This document shows positions 1 to 8,746 of a stretch of 34,009 nt of DNA, piece after piece (the stretch's first letter is position 1; every line of letters starts with the position of its first letter). Source of the DNA: a candidate division WOR-3 bacterium (GTDB lineage: Bacteria > Hydrothermota > Hydrothermia > JBDRYB01); contig JBDRYB010000020.1 of NCBI GenBank assembly GCA_039803205.1, forward strand, positions 1 through 34,009, read 5' to 3'. The translations under genes and the position numbers were made by a program. The notes below the pieces were generated by a model, which searched no databases, was not told the origin of the DNA, and saw only the letters and a program-made list of their open reading frames with translations.

Positions 1-51
1 TCGTCAGGGCATTCCCTTCGGCAAGGCGCAAAGCGCCTTGTGCCCTGACGA
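1..51. repeat. Nested inverted repeat (hairpin), possibly cut by the window edge
   Basis: tcgtcagggca (1-11) is the exact reverse complement of tgccctgacga (41-51); inner stem caaggcgc-AAA-gcgccttg (22-40). No T-tract follows. Confidence 0.6.
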
Positions 52-167
52 GCCTCTAGGAGTTTATAATTTAATCCCTCAGGTTGGAGAGTGGCCCCTA
101 AGGTGCCCGGAAATCCGGACAGATCTGGTTGATCCGGCCTGAGCCCGTGCCTCAAAATTAGCTCCCT

Positions 168-1025
168 ATGAAAACCGATGACATAAAAAAAGTTGGGGTT
201 GTAGGCGCAGGCACTATGGGCAACGGAATAGCCCATGTTTTCGCTCTTAAGGGTTACGATGTAGTTCTCGTTGACATCTCCAAGGAGCTCCTTGACAAGG
301 CTTTGGCCACCATATCCGCCAACATGGATAGGCAGGTCAAAAAGGAGATAATCAAACCAGAGGATAAAGAGGCCGCTCTCTCAAGGATAAAGCCAACGGT
401 TGACCTGAACGATCTCAAGGACTGCCAGCTCGTCGTGGAGGCAATAATAGAGAAGGAGGATGTCAAGATTGAACTTTTCAAGAAGCTTGACGCGATACTG
501 GGCCCGGACGCCATCATAGCCTCAAACACATCCTCCATATCAATAAACAAGCTCGCGAGCGCGACCGGGAGGCCGGATAAGGTCGCTGGGATGCACTTCA
601 TGAACCCGGTCCCCATGATGAAGCTGGTGGAGCTGGTTAGGGGGAAAGCCACATCGGACGAGACCATGGCAGTGATAAAGGAGCTCTCCGAGCGCCTTGA
701 AAAGGTCCCAGCAATAGTCAACGATTCACCGGGATTCGTCTCGAATAGGGTCCTGATGCCCATGATAAACGAGGCCGCGCATGTGCTCATGGAAGGGGTT
801 GCTGAGCCTGAGGCAATAGACACCGTGATGAAGGTCGGGATGAACCACCCGATGGGGCCTCTTGCCCTCGCGGATCTCATAGGGCTTGATATCGTGGTTG
901 ACATTCTGGACTACATCTATAGGGAGAAGGGGGATCCGAAGTTCAAGCCAGCTCAGATACTGGTGGACAAGGTCAAGGCCGGGGAGCTTGGAAGGAAGAC
1001 GGGCAAAGGGTTTTACACATACTAG
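168..1025 (+). CDS. hbd: 3-hydroxybutyryl-CoA dehydrogenase
   Basis: Rossmann motif GAGTMG, ASNTSS, catalytic GMHFMNP, PGFVSNR, HPMGPL, C-terminal GRKTGKGFY. Confidence 0.95.
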   Translation: MKTDDIKKVGVVGAGTMGNGIAHVFALKGYDVVLVDISKELLDKALATISANMDRQVKKEIIKPEDKEAALSRIKPTVDLNDLKDCQLVVEAIIEKEDVKIELFKKLDAILGPDAIIASNTSSISINKLASATGRPDKVAGMHFMNPVPMMKLVELVRGKATSDETMAVIKELSERLEKVPAIVNDSPGFVSNRVLMPMINEAAHVLMEGVAEPEAIDTVMKVGMNHPMGPLALADLIGLDIVVDILDYIYREKGDPKFKPAQILVDKVKAGELGRKTGKGFYTY

Positions 1026-1067
1026 GGATCGCCTGCTCTTTGTTTCGGGCAAGCGGCCACGAGAATC

Positions 1068-1457
1068 TCACAATCCGAAGCGTTCCGGCAATAGCTCCTC
1101 TATCCGGAATCTCCGGCCATCATTGAGATAAACGATAAGGCCCGGCGCGTGTTCTGCCAAGAGCTGTCTGCAGGCGCCGCACGGGGTTATCCCCTCCTTC
1201 TCAGTCCAGCCCTCGGCTCTTTTCTCAAAAGCTGTGAGGGCAATTGCCATGAATTTTCTCTCCCCGGCCATCAAAGCCCTGAAGAGCGCGACCCGCTCCG
1301 CGCAGACCGAAAGGCCGTAGGACGCGGATTCAATGTTTGCTCCTAGGTAGACCTCACCGGATCCTGCCAAAAGCGCGGCTCCGACCCTGAAAAGGGAATA
1401 GGGACAGAGCGCGAGCTCACTGGCCTGCCTGGCCCTCTCCAAGAGTTCCCTTTCCAA
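1068..1457 (-). CDS. cdd: Cytidine deaminase (homotetrameric type)
   Basis: PYS-F-VGAA, G-NIE, CAER and PCGACRQ zinc motifs; TTG start overlaps the 3' end of rlpA. Confidence 0.93.
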   Translation of the reverse strand: MERELLERARQASELALCPYSLFRVGAALLAGSGEVYLGANIESASYGLSVCAERVALFRALMAGERKFMAIALTAFEKRAEGWTEKEGITPCGACRQLLAEHAPGLIVYLNDGRRFRIEELLPERFGL

Positions 1458-1866
1458 GCCGGAGAACCTCTATCTTGACCTTCATGAGGCCTGCTTGATC
1501 CAGACCTATCTCCTGAGCCGCCCCCAAAGAGAGGTCAATTATCCTTCCCTCAACAAAAGGACCCCTGTCGTTTATTATCACAACGGTATTCCTTCCGGTC
1601 TTGAGATCGGTCACGCGGACCACGGAACCAAATGGCAGTGTCCTGTGAGCCGCGGTCTTTCCATACATATCAAAAACCTGGCCCGATGCAGTCTTCTTGC
1701 CATGGAACTTTGGGCCATACCACGAGGCTATCCCAACCTCACTTAAAAGGACAGCGGGTTCCAGATCCATAGTTCTAGAGGTATAGGGGATACAGGAAGG
1801 GATCGTTGCGGCTATCGCGCTCGCCAGAAGGGCTATCCCCAAAAACCTCCGGAACTTACATCCCAT
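1417..1866 (-). CDS. rlpA: Septal-ring lytic transglycosylase RlpA-family lipoprotein (DPBB domain only)
   Basis: Signal peptide with lipobox IPS-C; GIASWYG, TAAHRTLPFG and INDRGPF..GRIIDLS motifs. Confidence 0.92.
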   Translation of the reverse strand: MGCKFRRFLGIALLASAIAATIPSCIPYTSRTMDLEPAVLLSEVGIASWYGPKFHGKKTASGQVFDMYGKTAAHRTLPFGSVVRVTDLKTGRNTVVIINDRGPFVEGRIIDLSLGAAQEIGLDQAGLMKVKIEVLRLGKGTLGEGQAGQ

Positions 1867-1879
1867 ATATTCAAAATAG

Positions 1880-1952
1880 TGGCGGCGCAGGGACTCGAAC
1901 CCCGGACACGAGGATTATGATTCCCCTGCTCTGCCAGCTGAGCTACGCCGCC
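1880..1952 (-). tRNA. tRNA-Met (CAT), elongator-like; CCA not encoded
   Basis: Reverse complement GGCGGCG-TAGCTCAGCTGGCAGAGC-A-GGGGA-ATCATAA-TCCTC-GTGTC-CGGGG-TTCGAGT-CCCTG-CGCCGCC-A folds as a cloverleaf. G1-C72 is paired, so it is not the initiator. Confidence 0.95.
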
Positions 1953-1987
1953 AGTGCCCATATATTATAAAGTATAAGGGCATGCGG

Positions 1988-2017
1988 TTGCCACCAATTG
2001 ATGCCTCGGAATATAAT
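1988..2017 (+). promoter_or_regulatory. sigma70-type promoter of apgM (TTGCCA-N18-TATAAT)
   Basis: Hexamers at 1988-1993 and 2012-2017; in-frame ATG at 2027 with no SD. Confidence 0.7.
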
Positions 2018-2026
2018 TTCAACCCT

Positions 2027-3232
2027 ATGATCATCGTTGAAAAGAACCTCATACACAAAGCGAACACGAAGATAATCCTTTTCGTCATAGACGGGCTTGG
2101 CGGAGTTCCGAGGCCCGAGGACGGCAAGACCGAGCTCGAGGCCGCCCGGACTCCTAATCTTGACGCTTTGGCAAGAAAGAGCGTTCTCGGCCTAATAAAT
2201 CCGGTTGCCCCTGGGGTTTCCCCTGGTTCAGGCCCCGGCCATCTTTCCATATTTGGCTACGATCCCCTTCAGTGCGATGTCGGGCGGGGCGTTCTTGAGG
2301 CCCTTGGCGTGGGGATGGAGCTCAAGGAGACGGATGTGGCCGCCAGGGGCAATTTCGCAACCATAAACTCCGAAGGCCTAATAACCGATAGGCGGGCAGG
2401 TAGGCCGAATGACCAGGATGCCGCTCGGGTCGTTGAGCTTCTGAAGGAAAACATAAAGGAGATAGAGGGGGTTCAGGTCCTGCTCAAGCATGTCAAGGGC
2501 CACAGGTTCGTGGTCATTTTCAGAGGGGAGGACCTCTCGGGCCGCGTCCTTGAGACAGACCCTCAGCAGGAAGGTGTTCCGCCCCTTTTCCCCATACCGG
2601 AGAAGCGGGAGGCCGAGCGCTCCGCTCGTATAATATGGCAGTTCATCCAGAAAGCCCACTACACCCTCCTGAACGAGGAGAAGATGAATTGCGTCCTTCT
2701 CAGAGGATTTTCAAAGCTTCCATCCCTTCAATCCTTTGCTGACCGCTACAAGATGGACGGGGTTGGCATAGCTACATATCCCATGTATAAGGGGGTAGCA
2801 AGGGTTATTGGCCTGAACATCCTCGGCGAGCCCAAGACCTTTGAGGATGAGGTGAGAATACTTGAGGAGAGCTGGGGCGATCACGAGTTCTTCTTCATAC
2901 ACTACAAGGACACGGATGAGGCTGGAGAGGACGGGGATTTTGACAGAAAGGTGGCCAAGCTGGAGGAGGTTGATGCATACATACCGAGACTACTTGAGCT
3001 CAAGCCGGATGTCATAGCCATAACCGGAGACCACTCCACCCCTGCCCTCATGAAAAAGCACTCCTGGCACCCTGTTCCCTTCCTGATCTATGGGCCTTTC
3101 GCTGGCCCCGATGACTGCACAGCTTTCACGGAGCGCCAGGCAAAGCACGGGTATTACGGGAGGATAAAGGCGACTGACCTCATGTCACTCATACTGGCGA
3201 ACGCCGGAAGGGTGAAGAAGTTCGGGGCATAA
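2027..3232 (+). CDS. apgM: 2,3-bisphosphoglycerate-independent phosphoglycerate mutase (ApgM type)
   Basis: IDGLG, ELEAARTPNLD, PGSGPGHLSIFGYDP, DEAGEDG, TGDHSTP, HSWHPVP. Start moved from 1982 to ATG 2027 because the promoter lies inside the longer ORF. Confidence 0.95.
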   Translation: MIIVEKNLIHKANTKIILFVIDGLGGVPRPEDGKTELEAARTPNLDALARKSVLGLINPVAPGVSPGSGPGHLSIFGYDPLQCDVGRGVLEALGVGMELKETDVAARGNFATINSEGLITDRRAGRPNDQDAARVVELLKENIKEIEGVQVLLKHVKGHRFVVIFRGEDLSGRVLETDPQQEGVPPLFPIPEKREAERSARIIWQFIQKAHYTLLNEEKMNCVLLRGFSKLPSLQSFADRYKMDGVGIATYPMYKGVARVIGLNILGEPKTFEDEVRILEESWGDHEFFFIHYKDTDEAGEDGDFDRKVAKLEEVDAYIPRLLELKPDVIAITGDHSTPALMKKHSWHPVPFLIYGPFAGPDDCTAFTERQAKHGYYGRIKATDLMSLILANAGRVKKFGA

Positions 3233-3235
3233 ACC

Positions 3236-3265
3236 TTGAATTTTGGCGAGCGCTTTGGTTATGAT
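3236..3265 (+). promoter_or_regulatory. Promoter TTGAAT-N18-TATGAT
   Basis: Hexamers at 3236-3241 and 3260-3265, followed by GGAGG SD and ATG 3290. Confidence 0.65.
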
Positions 3266-3289
3266 TTGAAGGCCATCGGAGGACTTAGC

Positions 3290-3565
3290 ATGAAGAGGAT
3301 ACTTGCAATAGCATGCGTGGCGGCTTTGGCCGCGGGTTGCGCGACCGTTGGACAGGTAAAGGCCCTGGAGGCGAGGGTGAATAGTCTAGAGAAGAAGGTT
3401 GCTCAGGCCCAGGGAACCGCGGAGGCAACCGCTGAGAAGGCCGGGAATCTTGAGTCCCGTATAGCGACCCTTGAGAGCAACTACAAGATCCTCTATGACA
3501 AGGTCAACGAGCTCTCCAAGTCAGCTGGCGCTGGGGATGTTCCAAAAGTGAAGAATGTGAAATAG
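3290..3565 (+). CDS. Small coiled-coil lipoprotein (Lpp/OprI-like)
   Basis: GGAGG SD; lipobox MKRILAIACVAALAAG-C; heptad repeat; ends DVPKVKNVK. Confidence 0.8.
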   Translation: MKRILAIACVAALAAGCATVGQVKALEARVNSLEKKVAQAQGTAEATAEKAGNLESRIATLESNYKILYDKVNELSKSAGAGDVPKVKNVK

Positions 3566-3583
3566 TCAGAAACACGCGCAAAC

Positions 3584-3616
3584 AAAAAGGGGGCTAAAAA
3601 GCCCCCTTGGTTTTTC
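3584..3616. terminator. Bidirectional intrinsic terminator
   Basis: aagggggct-aaaa-agccccctt stem with an A-run upstream and a T-run downstream, between convergent genes. Confidence 0.85.
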
Positions 3617-3630
3617 GTCCGGTTACCTTC

Positions 3631-4452
3631 TCAGTCCACGGGTATCCAGAGAAGACCACCAACGGTCTGATAGTGGACGGTGCCGGATACCGCGCCGTCG
3701 CTACCTATGCCGCTGACATCAAACTTCACGAAGTGGTCGTTGAGGTCCCAGCCATTACCGGACGGGTCTAGCCAGATGGCGTATGATCCGCCGCCCATGA
3801 TGCCACCAGAGCCAGGATATATGTTCTGATAACCACCTGTGGGCGCGACATAACCTGTGCCCCAGGCGGTTGACCAGTTATCCTCGGAGTTGAAATTGCC
3901 CGTGCCGCCGTATGTGACATTTGGAGAGCAGATGTCTATCTCATTCACGAGGACCTGCCCAGATGTGCCGTCAGAGATCCAGAAATCAAAGTAGGAGTAG
4001 TTGCCGCTGTCCAGGAGAGAATAAACGGTGGCGGAGCCATCAGAGCCGAATCCAACCGCGGACTTATACGAGCTGGATGCCTCGCCGAAATCGGACAGCT
4101 GCGTGCTCTTCACGAGCGCGGCTATGTCTATTTCATCGCTCGTCTCGGCACCGACAGCGGTCACTTTTAGGACCTTTCCAGCATGATCCGATGTGACGGT
4201 ATACTCTGTGACCGTATTGTCGGCAGTGGAGTCTATGACCGTGCCATCCACTGATATGGTATAGTAGTCAGCGCCCTCTATCTGGGTCCAAGTGAGCTTC
4301 ACATCCGTGCCGTTGTTGACGACCTCATACTCCAGTCTCAGAGAGCTGGTATCTTCTCCGCCCCCGCAGGATGTGAGGATCACCGATGTTGAGGTAGCCA
4401 CGAACGCTATGATTGTGGCTACCACACCGCCTATTGCCAGTAGCTTTTTCAT
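3631..4452 (-). CDS. Putative lipoprotein/surface protein with FN3-like N-terminal region
   Basis: AAGGAGG SD; long signal ending LTS-C-GGG; VKLTW..EGADYYTI is FN3-like; beta-rich with many G/S/Y/W. Confidence 0.75.
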   Translation of the reverse strand: MKKLLAIGGVVATIIAFVATSTSVILTSCGGGEDTSSLRLEYEVVNNGTDVKLTWTQIEGADYYTISVDGTVIDSTADNTVTEYTVTSDHAGKVLKVTAVGAETSDEIDIAALVKSTQLSDFGEASSSYKSAVGFGSDGSATVYSLLDSGNYSYFDFWISDGTSGQVLVNEIDICSPNVTYGGTGNFNSEDNWSTAWGTGYVAPTGGYQNIYPGSGGIMGGGSYAIWLDPSGNGWDLNDHFVKFDVSGIGSDGAVSGTVHYQTVGGLLWIPVD

Positions 4453-4481
4453 GGTTTAAACCTCCTTAAACCTGTTAAGAG

Positions 4482-4799
4482 CTATTTCACTCCCTTGCCG
4501 CCCTTGATCGGTGTATCGCCGCCTGTGCCACCAGTGCCGCCGCCAGACGGGGGCTTCTTGCCGCCTGTGCCGCCGGTTGTGGGCTTCTTCGCGGCCTTCA
4601 GGGAATCAACCGCCATGGTCAGTGCCTCAACCTGGTCCTCAAGGGTCGTAACCCTCTTGTCCAGTTCAGAGACATCATCCTTCACCTCTGTGATGCTGGT
4701 CTGGATCTCCTCCAGAGCCTTCGCCGCCTGGCCCATCTGACCGCATCCCACGGTCAGGAGGAGGCCACCGCCTACTATGAGAGCTATCAGATGCTTCAT
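4482..4799 (-). CDS. Small coiled-coil lipoprotein with Gly/Thr/Pro linker and Lys-rich tail
   Basis: AAGGAGG SD before ATG 4799; lipobox TVG-C; heptads (ITEVKDDVSELDKRVTTLEDQVEAL); ends DTPIKGGKGVK. Confidence 0.8.
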   Translation of the reverse strand: MKHLIALIVGGGLLLTVGCGQMGQAAKALEEIQTSITEVKDDVSELDKRVTTLEDQVEALTMAVDSLKAAKKPTTGGTGGKKPPSGGGTGGTGGDTPIKGGKGVK

Positions 4800-4830
4800 G
4801 CTAAAAACCTCCTTAAGGTTCAGCCCGAAC

Positions 4831-4860
4831 ATTATAGAGGCCCATGTCAAGCTTTTGCAA
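4831..4860 (-). promoter_or_regulatory. Promoter TTGCAA-N18-TATAAT for the two lipoprotein genes
   Basis: Plus-strand attata at 4831-4836 and ttgcaa at 4855-4860. Confidence 0.65.
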
Positions 4861-4933
4861 GCTATGGGGATGTCAACCAACCTCTTCATGTTCTTTTAGA
4901 CCTTGGTTTCCGAGAAATGTTCCCGGGTTCCCC

Positions 4934-5572
4934 CTATTTCGGTATCACATATGTGCCCGTTATTCGGTCATGCCAGGCCCTTCTTTGGTTGTCAAAGGCC
5001 GCTAGGATGAACCCGAGCCCAAATATCGCCCCTGATACGAGCTTGCCCACAACCTCGCGGAGAAAGGCCTTTCCTATTCCTGGAGGGCTTCCGCTCTTAT
5101 CAACAACCCTTATCCCCATGATCCTCTTTCCTATGGTTTGGCCGGTCTTGCCCGTTGGGATGATAACATACAGGATGTAAGCCACTATGACTCCAGCCAA
5201 ACCCAGGATGAGGCCAACGAGGCCGCCGACAGCCGCTAGTTTCTGATTAATGAGGCCGAAGACGAGGGTAGGGATACCCCATAGTATAAGGAAGACCGCA
5301 GCTCCTATGGCCCCAAGTATTAGCCCATCCAGGAGAGCCCAAGCAACAAATCTCCTCCACCAGCCAGCGAACTGGCCAACCGACCATCCAAAGGGAAAAC
5401 CCTCTTCGGCAACGGAGGCAAACTGGCCGTGGACGGGCGGCTTAGCGGCCGTTGGGGTCTCCGGCATGAACCTGGTCTCCTCAACCTTTCCTTCCATACT
5501 GAAGCCGCAGTGGGGACAAAACTGCGCCTGATCCGCCACCTCGGCTCCGCAGTTCGGACATGTCTTTGCCAT
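4934..5572 (-). CDS. RDD family membrane protein with N-terminal zinc ribbon
   Basis: CPNCG..FCPHCG; AGWWRRFVA..LDG; GQTIGKRIMGIRVV; RRAWHDRITGTYV. Confidence 0.9.
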   Translation of the reverse strand: MAKTCPNCGAEVADQAQFCPHCGFSMEGKVEETRFMPETPTAAKPPVHGQFASVAEEGFPFGWSVGQFAGWWRRFVAWALLDGLILGAIGAAVFLILWGIPTLVFGLINQKLAAVGGLVGLILGLAGVIVAYILYVIIPTGKTGQTIGKRIMGIRVVDKSGSPPGIGKAFLREVVGKLVSGAIFGLGFILAAFDNQRRAWHDRITGTYVIPK

Positions 5573-5594
5573 ATCAGTCTCCTTATCTCGGATA

Positions 5595-5624
5595 AATATA
5601 ATGCAAAGCGGCCTGCCGGCGCAA
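5595..5624 (-). promoter_or_regulatory. Promoter TTGCGC-N18-TATATT for the RDD gene
   Basis: Plus-strand aatata at 5595-5600 and gcgcaa at 5619-5624; AAGGAG SD downstream. Confidence 0.55.
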
Positions 5625-5646
5625 ACCTTCGTTTCTGCCTGATATT

Positions 5647-5691
5647 ACCCACTTTCACCCCCCTCTAAGTCCTTGCCTATCAAGAACTTAG
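5647..5691. repeat. Partial, diverged copy (A) of the 85-bp palindromic repeat; contains an IHF-consensus match
   Basis: 36/45 identical to 31047-31091; imperfect palindrome taagtccttg-cctat-caagaactta; tatcaagaactta fits WATCAANNNNTTR. Confidence 0.7.
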
Positions 5692-5698
5692 ACGCAAA

Positions 5699-6331
5699 GT
5701 GATCCTTTCCCTCTCTGTGCTTATTTCTGATCCCCGGCATATCCCCCTGGTCTGAGAAACGATGGGTAGCTCAGCTGAACAGGGTTTTCATGTCCACTAC
5801 GCCGCGCTCAAATGCCTCACCAAAGGCCTGGGTGATGAGAAGGGCAGAATAGGCTCCGCGCTCAGAGCTGAAACCTCTTATGGTCTTTACCCTTGATTTT
5901 GTGCGTAGTATAGCCCTTTCGGCCGCATTGTTGGTGATGAGCTCAGGATAATAACCCAAATGCTTCCCCGTCCTGATGAAGCCAAGCATATCTGATAGCC
6001 AAAACAGGATGTCCTTCGTGTATCCAGGAGGTGCCCTCCCTAAGGTGAAACCGCTATGTGCACTACGGGCCAGTCCTTCTTTCTCCTCCTGAGCCTCTCT
6101 TCAAGGTCAAACCCAAGCATGGGTAGGCGCTTGTAGACCCCTGAGGGAGAGACATTTCTTCCTGTTATCGCTCTCATCACCTTAGCCGTGTTCTCAACTG
6201 AGAGCCCCAAATACCAGAGGAGAGAAACCAAGGTCCGGAGCCTATCAGAGTATGGGCTTTCTTCTGGCCCTCTCCTTCATGCCCAAAATGATAAATCACG
6301 GGGTCAATCAGGGGGCCCGCATGGAGGTTAC
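5699..6331 (-). mobile_element. Decayed, internally deleted IS (IS6/IS1-like DDE transposase remnant); ends tentative
   Basis: N-terminal HTH-like piece (YSDRLRTLVSLLWYLGLS..VSPSGVY) and C-terminal piece (TNNAAERAILRTKSRVKTIRGFSS, 5771-5989), with the catalytic centre missing. Weak termini GTGATCC / GTAACC. Confidence 0.65.
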
Positions 6332-6361
6332 TTGAAAGCCCCAAAGCCTTTGCGTTATATT
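6332..6361 (+). promoter_or_regulatory. Promoter TTGAAA-N18-TATATT for the ATPase gene
   Basis: In-frame GTG 6 nt downstream at 6368, no SD. Confidence 0.65.
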
Positions 6362-6367
6362 CTCAGC

Positions 6368-8737
6368 GTGAACGGCTTTGAGCAGATTGGGCTTTTTTAC
6401 CTCGGCAGGGAATATGATCTTGAGACTTCAAGAAGGCTTGAATCCCTCCTAATCTATGATTCGCGTGACCTGGTAACCCACGGGGTCTGCATCGGCATGA
6501 CGGGGTCAGGCAAAACAGGGCTTTGCCTCTGTCTGCTTGAGGAGGCGGCCATAGACAGAATACCCGCGCTCATAATAGACCCCAAGGGAGACCTCGGGAA
6601 CCTTCTCCTTTGTTTTCCTGATTTGAGGCCTGAGGATTTTAGGCCTTGGGTGAACCCGGAGGAGGCTGAGCGCAAGGGCATGAGTCTGGATGAGTATGCG
6701 GCTTCTGTTGCTGAGAAATGGAGAGCCGGTCTATCAGATTGGGGAATGAGCCCGGACAGGATAAGGCTCCTCAGGGATTCCGTTGATTTCGCCGTATACA
6801 CACCGGGTTCGGAGTCCGGAAGGCCGGTCTCTGTCCTCTCATCCCTAAAGGCCCCTGATCTTTCGTGGGATGAGAACTCGGAGATAATAGGGGAGCAGAT
6901 AACCGGGACCGTAAGCGCACTGCTCCAGATGGTAGGCCTAAGCGCTGACCCAATAAGGAGCAGGGAACACATCCTTCTTTCAGCTATATTCCAGCACTTC
7001 TGGGGTACCGGGAAGGACCTTGATATGCCTGGGCTCATTCTCGCGGTTCAGGACCCGCCATTCCAGAAATTAGGGGTATTTGATACTGAATCCTTCTATC
7101 CAAAGAAGGAGAGGTTTGAGCTCGCGGTCGCGCTGAACACCCTGCTAGCATCACCAAGCTTTGCAAGCTGGATGAAAGGCGAGCCTATAGACATTCAGAG
7201 ATTTCTCTATACTCCAGAAGGAAAGCCCCGGCACAGCATATTCTACATAGCCCACCTTTCCGATTCTGAGAGGATGTTCTTCGTGACCTTGCTCCTCGGT
7301 CAGGCCCTCACATGGGTGAGGAGACAACCTGGAACAACAAGCCTCCGGGCCCTTCTTTACTTTGACGAGGTCTTTGGCTACATGCCTCCGGTCGCTGAGC
7401 CCCCCTCAAAGAAACCCCTCATCACCCTTTTGAAGCAGGCAAGGGCCTCTGGCTTTGGCGTGCTCCTGGCTACGCAGAACCCCGTTGATCTGGACTATAA
7501 GGCTTTAACGAACGCGGGGACATGGTTCATAGGCAAGCTCCAGGCAGAGCGAGACAAGGCGCGGGTCCTGGACGGGCTTGTATCAGTGGCAGAAGAAAAG
7601 GGGAGCGCTCTCAGCAGACAAGATATGGACAAAATCATATCCTCTTTGGAACCCAGGGTCTTTCTCCTGCACGATGTCCACCGGGAAGGGCCTGCCGTTT
7701 TCCAGACCCGTTGGGCCATGAGCTATCTGAGGGGGCCCCTTACCAGGGAGGAAATAAGGCGTTTATCTGGAACCATAGCCCAGGATGCTCCTGTGGCCGA
7801 GCTCGCTAGGCAGGCTCCGCGGCCATCAGGAGCTTCGTGCACCGCCGCGCGTCCTGTCCTCTCCCCCGATATCCCGCAGGTTTTCATGCCAGGCCAAGGC
7901 TCAGGCCTGAACCTCGTCCCAGCGCTGTTAGCCTTAGGGACAGTGAGGTTCTCAGATCATAGGCTCGGGATAAACACGAGCCGAAGGGTCGGGCTTCTGG
8001 TTCGTCCGGACAAAATAGGCCCGGTAATACCCTGGAATGATGCTGAGCGTGTGGAGGTTGATCCAGCATCCCTGTCACGGGTTCCCCCAGAGGGGGCGCT
8101 TTTCGCTGGGGTGCCGCCGGAGCTTTCGGATCCGAAGGCCTTCTCCTTCTACAGCCGGGATTTCGCCGAATACCTTTACAGGGAGCAATACCTTGAGATA
8201 CTACACAGCCCCATCCTCAATATCTACGGGAAACCAGGCGAATCCGAAGCCGATTTCAGGGCAAGGCTTGATGCGGCCGCCAGGGAGAGGAGGGATCGCG
8301 AGATAGACCAGCTGAGGGCAAAATACGGGCAAAGGCTCGCAAGGCTGGAAACGCGGTTGGCCGCTGAGCAGAATGAGCTCGAAAGCCACAAGAGGGAAGT
8401 TGAAGCAAGAGGACGAGAGGCCGGGCTATCAACAGCCGAAGCGGTCCTGGGTGGAATATTTGGCAGAAGGAGGAGCATCTCATCCGTGTCCAGGAAATAC
8501 AGGCTAAAGGAAAAAGCGGAGGAGAAGTTGAGGGAATCATACTCTGAGATAACCAGATTGACGAAGGAGATAGAGGCCTTGAGGGCTGAGATAGAGGCTG
8601 AAATATCGGCGATAAGGGATAGGTGGGCCAGCACGATAGACCAGGTAGAAAAGAAGCTCATCAAGCCCAAGAGGACGGATGTATCTGTCCATTTGGTCGC
8701 GTTGGCCTGGGTTCCGGCGGACCAACAAGCTCTATAA
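6368..8737 (+). CDS. DUF87/HerA-FtsK-like P-loop ATPase with C-terminal coiled coil
   Basis: Walker A GMTGSGKT, IIDPKGD, Walker B LLYFDE, KQAR arginine finger, LATQNP. The first 60 aa of the ORF-track call overlap the IS remnant, so start set to GTG 6368. Confidence 0.88.
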   Translation: MNGFEQIGLFYLGREYDLETSRRLESLLIYDSRDLVTHGVCIGMTGSGKTGLCLCLLEEAAIDRIPALIIDPKGDLGNLLLCFPDLRPEDFRPWVNPEEAERKGMSLDEYAASVAEKWRAGLSDWGMSPDRIRLLRDSVDFAVYTPGSESGRPVSVLSSLKAPDLSWDENSEIIGEQITGTVSALLQMVGLSADPIRSREHILLSAIFQHFWGTGKDLDMPGLILAVQDPPFQKLGVFDTESFYPKKERFELAVALNTLLASPSFASWMKGEPIDIQRFLYTPEGKPRHSIFYIAHLSDSERMFFVTLLLGQALTWVRRQPGTTSLRALLYFDEVFGYMPPVAEPPSKKPLITLLKQARASGFGVLLATQNPVDLDYKALTNAGTWFIGKLQAERDKARVLDGLVSVAEEKGSALSRQDMDKIISSLEPRVFLLHDVHREGPAVFQTRWAMSYLRGPLTREEIRRLSGTIAQDAPVAELARQAPRPSGASCTAARPVLSPDIPQVFMPGQGSGLNLVPALLALGTVRFSDHRLGINTSRRVGLLVRPDKIGPVIPWNDAERVEVDPASLSRVPPEGALFAGVPPELSDPKAFSFYSRDFAEYLYREQYLEILHSPILNIYGKPGESEADFRARLDAAARERRDREIDQLRAKYGQRLARLETRLAAEQNELESHKREVEARGREAGLSTAEAVLGGIFGRRRSISSVSRKYRLKEKAEEKLRESYSEITRLTKEIEALRAEIEAEISAIRDRWASTIDQVEKKLIKPKRTDVSVHLVALAWVPADQQAL

Positions 8738-8746
8738 TTTTCGCCC

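Noticed and set aside
43..70. CTGACGAG resembling a hammerhead ribozyme core
   Set aside because: No GAAA follows stem II, and the motif is buried in a perfect stem.
254..904. 216-aa antisense ORF over hbd, and similar shadows such as 6454-7038, 22912-23724 and 27011-27547
   Set aside because: They lie opposite well-supported genes, have no recognisable motifs and lack start signals.
6188..6367. 60-aa N-terminal extension of the ATPase
   Set aside because: It overlaps the IS remnant and the promoter; GTG 6368 is the better start.
6368..8737. Known HerA-based anti-phage system
   Set aside because: No effector partner (Sir2, nuclease, DUF4297) is adjacent and the context is housekeeping.
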